DNA of 53,957 bases from Nemertoderma westbladi. Its lineage: Eukaryota; Animalia; Xenacoelomorpha. Where the stretch lies: NCBI GenBank assembly GCA_032718475.1, contig JAUCBJ010005647.1, positions 1 to 53,957 of the forward strand, written 5' to 3'. How positions within the stretch are numbered: the stretch's first letter is position 1; every line of letters starts with the position of its first letter. The position numbers and the translations under genes are program-made. Shown piece after piece: positions 50,564-53,957 of the stretch. The notes under the pieces were generated by a model. That model saw only the letters and a program-made list of their open reading frames with translations. It did no database searches and was not told the origin of the DNA.

Positions 50564-50576
50564 GTAACAGTTTATA
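50564..50576 (+). promoter_or_regulatory. Non-tRNA primer-binding-site position, complementary to own LTR (49804-49816)
   Basis: GTAACAGTTTATA is the reverse complement of TATAAACTGTTAC. Confidence 0.7.
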
Positions 50577-52744
50577 ATCTTATTGCAGTAGGCAATAAGG
50601 TTGCAAAATACCGTAGTGACTGGTAAAACTGAACCGGTGCTTCTGTAGGTCAGTAGGCCTAACTGTCATCACCGGTACCGGTACTGCTGTACAAGTACAT
50701 TTAGTATTATTCGATTTTGATTATTGTATACCGGTAGGCTGTTTAAGAGATTAGGGACTGTACACCCCTTGTTTCTTTTGGAGCTTACTTATTTCTGTCG
50801 GTTTTATTTCCTAGTAAGTTAATATTGAGCTGAAGACGTGTAAGTCTGCTCAGATTGTTCAGATAATTGTAGGCTGAACTGCTGTCTGACTGTGTTGAGT
50901 TTGGAGAGATTACGGCGTGTGTAGAGTTTGTCTGATAAAGTGCCGTTAGTAAGTTGGGGCAGCCATATGCGGTAAGGTCAATCCCCTCTTAAAGAATAAG
51001 TCGTACTACCGTGTTAGAACGCATACTAACTAACTGTTTCAGAATCTGCATATACTGTAGTTTATTTAGGCTTGATCGTAGTCTGCCAGTGTTTTAGCCT
51101 GTGTTTGTTTGTGTGGTCTGTTCAGGTACCGTAATAGTTATTACTCAGATATTTGTAGGCTAGATTGTTGTCTAGCTATTCTTAGGCCTGAAGGGATTGC
51201 TGCGTGTGTAGAGTTGGTCTGATAAAGTGCCGTTAGTAAGTTGGGGCAGCCATATGCGGTAAGGTCAATCCCCTCTTAAAGAATAAGTCGTACTACCGTG
51301 CTAGAACGCATACTAACTAACAGTTTCAGAATCTGCACATACTGTAGTTTGTTTAGGCTTGATAGTAGTCTGCCAGCGTTTAGTTTGTATTTTGTTTGAG
51401 TATTCTGTACGGGTAGCGTAATATTTATTATTCAGAGTTTATGCGATTATTCGCAACATTCATGTCCCCAAGTTTATTCCTACAGTAATTGTGCTTGTTA
51501 TACATACCGTTATAGTTAAATTAACCCCGGTACTACACGGGCTGCTCGGCGTAGGACAAGACTGGTGACTTTGTGCTCTAGTCACTCCAGCAGATGCCGT
51601 GGTTCTTTTAACTGTTCAAGTATATTTAACTACTGATTATTTGTTATACCGGTACTTGTACCTAATTTAGGGTTTAGTGTACAGTGCTTTCCGAAGTAAT
51701 TAGTGTAGGCAGTATATTTGTGTTGTAAAGTGGTTGATAGGCACATTCGTTAGCTCTATTAGCTTCTGGGTAGGAACAATCCGTGATACATAACGTAGTA
51801 CCTATAGCGATACAGTTATAAGTCGTCAGGCGGTGGTATTTTTCCTATCTGGACAGTACAATATATTTACTACTACTTATTATTTCAAATACCGTAGTAC
51901 CCTGTCCGTTGTAATAACCAGAATTCTAACCCTTTGTTAGGCTGGTTTGTAGACTTCCTGTAAAATTACCCTAAAAATTTCGTACGTAATATTTTGTTGT
52001 GTTTAATTAGAGAATTAATCTCCTCAGTATCGTAAGTAATTTGTAGTATTAAGTAACTTAGGTAAATTAGAATTATCAGTTTTAGTGTCAAATAAATAGC
52101 ACTTCACTGAGAGCGCGCAGCTTCTGTGTAGTGACCCCCCAGAAATAATAACATTTATTTCAAATATTGACAAAAAACCCATTTAAACGGGTATATATCT
52201 ATTATCAATCAACTCAAACGATTTATACATAGTAGGCCTGCCAGACAACAACTAGGTCTCAATATCAGTTGGACTACTGCTTAAATAACGGTAAAAAAAT
52301 AAGTTAAAGTAACTAAGTAACCCTAAAATATTCAGGAATTCAATTATTCTAAAAATAATTGACATACCGGTACTTACCATAGGCTTATTATATTTATTTC
52401 TATAAATTTGAGCTGAAATCATACCGGTACTCTGTAATTAATTTTAGTTCATAATTATACTTATATACTATAAGTGTAAGCTGTATACCGGTATTCCCTA
52501 TAGGCCTATTATATATTTATATATATCTGTGCTAAAATTATATACCGGTACTCTGTGACAAATCTAGTCTGTAATAATACTTATATATATTATAAGCATA
52601 CCGGTATTCTAATATATTGTATATATATCACGTTACACTGAGTAACAGTACCGGTAATAAATCGCTAGGCTTGCGGTCATACTGAATTACCAGACTTGCT
52701 TTAACTGAAACTATAGTAGTAGATATTCAACTGTATAACTAAAC

Positions 52745-53957
52745 ATGTCTGACACTCAGCAAAACCTGTCAGACAGTCTGATCGATACAACTATCTGTGA
52801 TTCAGATAGGAGTGTGGAGCGAATAAGAAAGGAGTTCGGCTCACCTCCTACTGTAAAAAAGGTCATCCCTCCAGTAGTATCAGACCCTAGGCTAGTCCAC
52901 CATAGGTCCATCATAGGCACTCGGGCACAGGTAAAACGGGACCAAATGGCAGTTGTCCTATCGCAGCAACATCTTGGTCAAGAACCTACTTCCCAGCGAC
53001 CCGATAGCTCCAGCAGTTCGGATACTGTAGAGCTGACTCCCGAACATGGAGTGCAGATGGCTGATACAGTCTACTCGGACCCCCTTCTTACTCTTCCTGC
53101 TGCAGTGCTAACTACTATATTCATTGCGGTGGAGGAACATCAAGCCGACTGGGCGAAGAATAAGCGAGCGACCCAAGATAATTACGCAGGATACGCCAGG
53201 GAAGAATTGATATCTATTGTTGAATCACAATGGAACTTTCCCGGACTCGGACTTCCGTTGGATCTGTCCGAGGCTACTTGGGAAGATATACACAGGATGG
53301 GAGTGGCTAAAGATACAATGGATCCAGCTGTTTGGAAGAGGTCGGCAGCAGGATATGTGCAGGGATTCTTCGGATCTTTGGATCGATTGGAAGAACAACT
53401 GTTTCGACAACCTCACGGACCTCAAGAGCAGGAAGAGCTGCTATATCAAATACGCGAAAGAACCCTACGCATACGACTAATCCTCTCAGCCTTTGAGGAA
53501 ACTTCCAAAAGAAGACAGGACACGTCGCTGCAGGTTGCTGTCAAAACTTGGCTACATCGGGTAGATCTCAAAGTACAGGAAACGGCCCGGTGGAAATCCC
53601 AGCTGGCTGAGAGATCAACTTATGAAGAACCAACTGATGTCACCCTTTCTCAAGCGGAAAGCGAAGAGGCCGCCGAGAAACCGCGAACTAGAGACGCTAT
53701 CGACATTTATTTGTCCGACTATCAGCGATTCCTAGGAGACGAAGAGTTGAGGAGACGGCTGTCTGGACTTTCCCCTAATAGTGAAGGAACCAAGCTTGTA
53801 TTGGACTCAATCGATGCCGAAATGTTAGCTGCAAACCAAGCTGAATGTGATGAAAAACTCCGTCTCACTAGAGTCCGAGAAGAACAAATAAAGAAAAGAA
53901 GGATAGAGGAACAAAAGGCGGCGGCTATGGCAGATGCAGAAGCAGAAAGAAAAGCAG
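52745..53957 (+). CDS. gag-like ORF1 of family A, open to the window end (absent from the supplied ORF track)
   Basis: Manual translation MSDTQQNLSDSLIDTTICD...AAAMADAEAERKA has no stop over ~400 codons and is homologous to the A' ORFs. The gag identity comes from position only. Confidence 0.75.
   Translation, partial: MSDTQQNLSDSLIDTTICDSDRSVERIRKEFGSPPTVKKVIPPVVSDPRLVHHRSIIGTRAQVKRDQMAVVLSQQHLGQEPTSQRPDSSSSSDTVELTPEHGVQMADTVYSDPLLTLPAAVLTTIFIAVEEHQADWAKNKRATQDNYAGYAREELISIVESQWNFPGLGLPLDLSEATWEDIHRMGVAKDTMDPAVWKRSAAGYVQGFFGSLDRLEEQLFRQPHGPQEQEELLYQIRERTLRIRLILSAFEETSKRRQDTSLQVAVKTWLHRVDLKVQETARWKSQLAERSTYEEPTDVTLSQAESEEAAEKPRTRDAIDIYLSDYQRFLGDEELRRRLSGLSPNSEGTKLVLDSIDAEMLAANQAECDEKLRLTRVREEQIKKRRIEEQKAAAMADAEAERKA

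Overview
Eukaryotic (invertebrate-type, intron-containing) genomic DNA made almost entirely of nested transposable elements. From left to right: the 3' end of an LTR retrotransposon (family A); a small two-exon host gene for a secreted PAN/apple-like protein; an internally deleted BEL/Pao copy; a Crypton-like tyrosine-recombinase gene split by an IS3EU-like foldback element and by a full-length 14.7 kb BEL/Pao element (family B, AAACG TSD); the 5' part of a diverged family-A relative on the minus strand, with a TTAA piggyBac-type MITE in its LTR; a family-B remnant; a degenerate APE-RT LINE; two satellites; and the 5' end of another family-A element. The most striking signal is that none of the three intact 5' LTR junctions has a tRNA-type (TGG) primer-binding site. 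Instead, the bases directly after the LTR are complementary (9, 13 and 10 nt, with compensatory changes) to a motif inside the element's own LTR. Both families also carry an extra 3' ORF encoding a DEDDy-like 3'-5' exonuclease plus three CCHC knuckles. Together these suggest a tRNA-independent self-priming system, possibly with an element-encoded primer-trimming nuclease. All alignments were done by eye.
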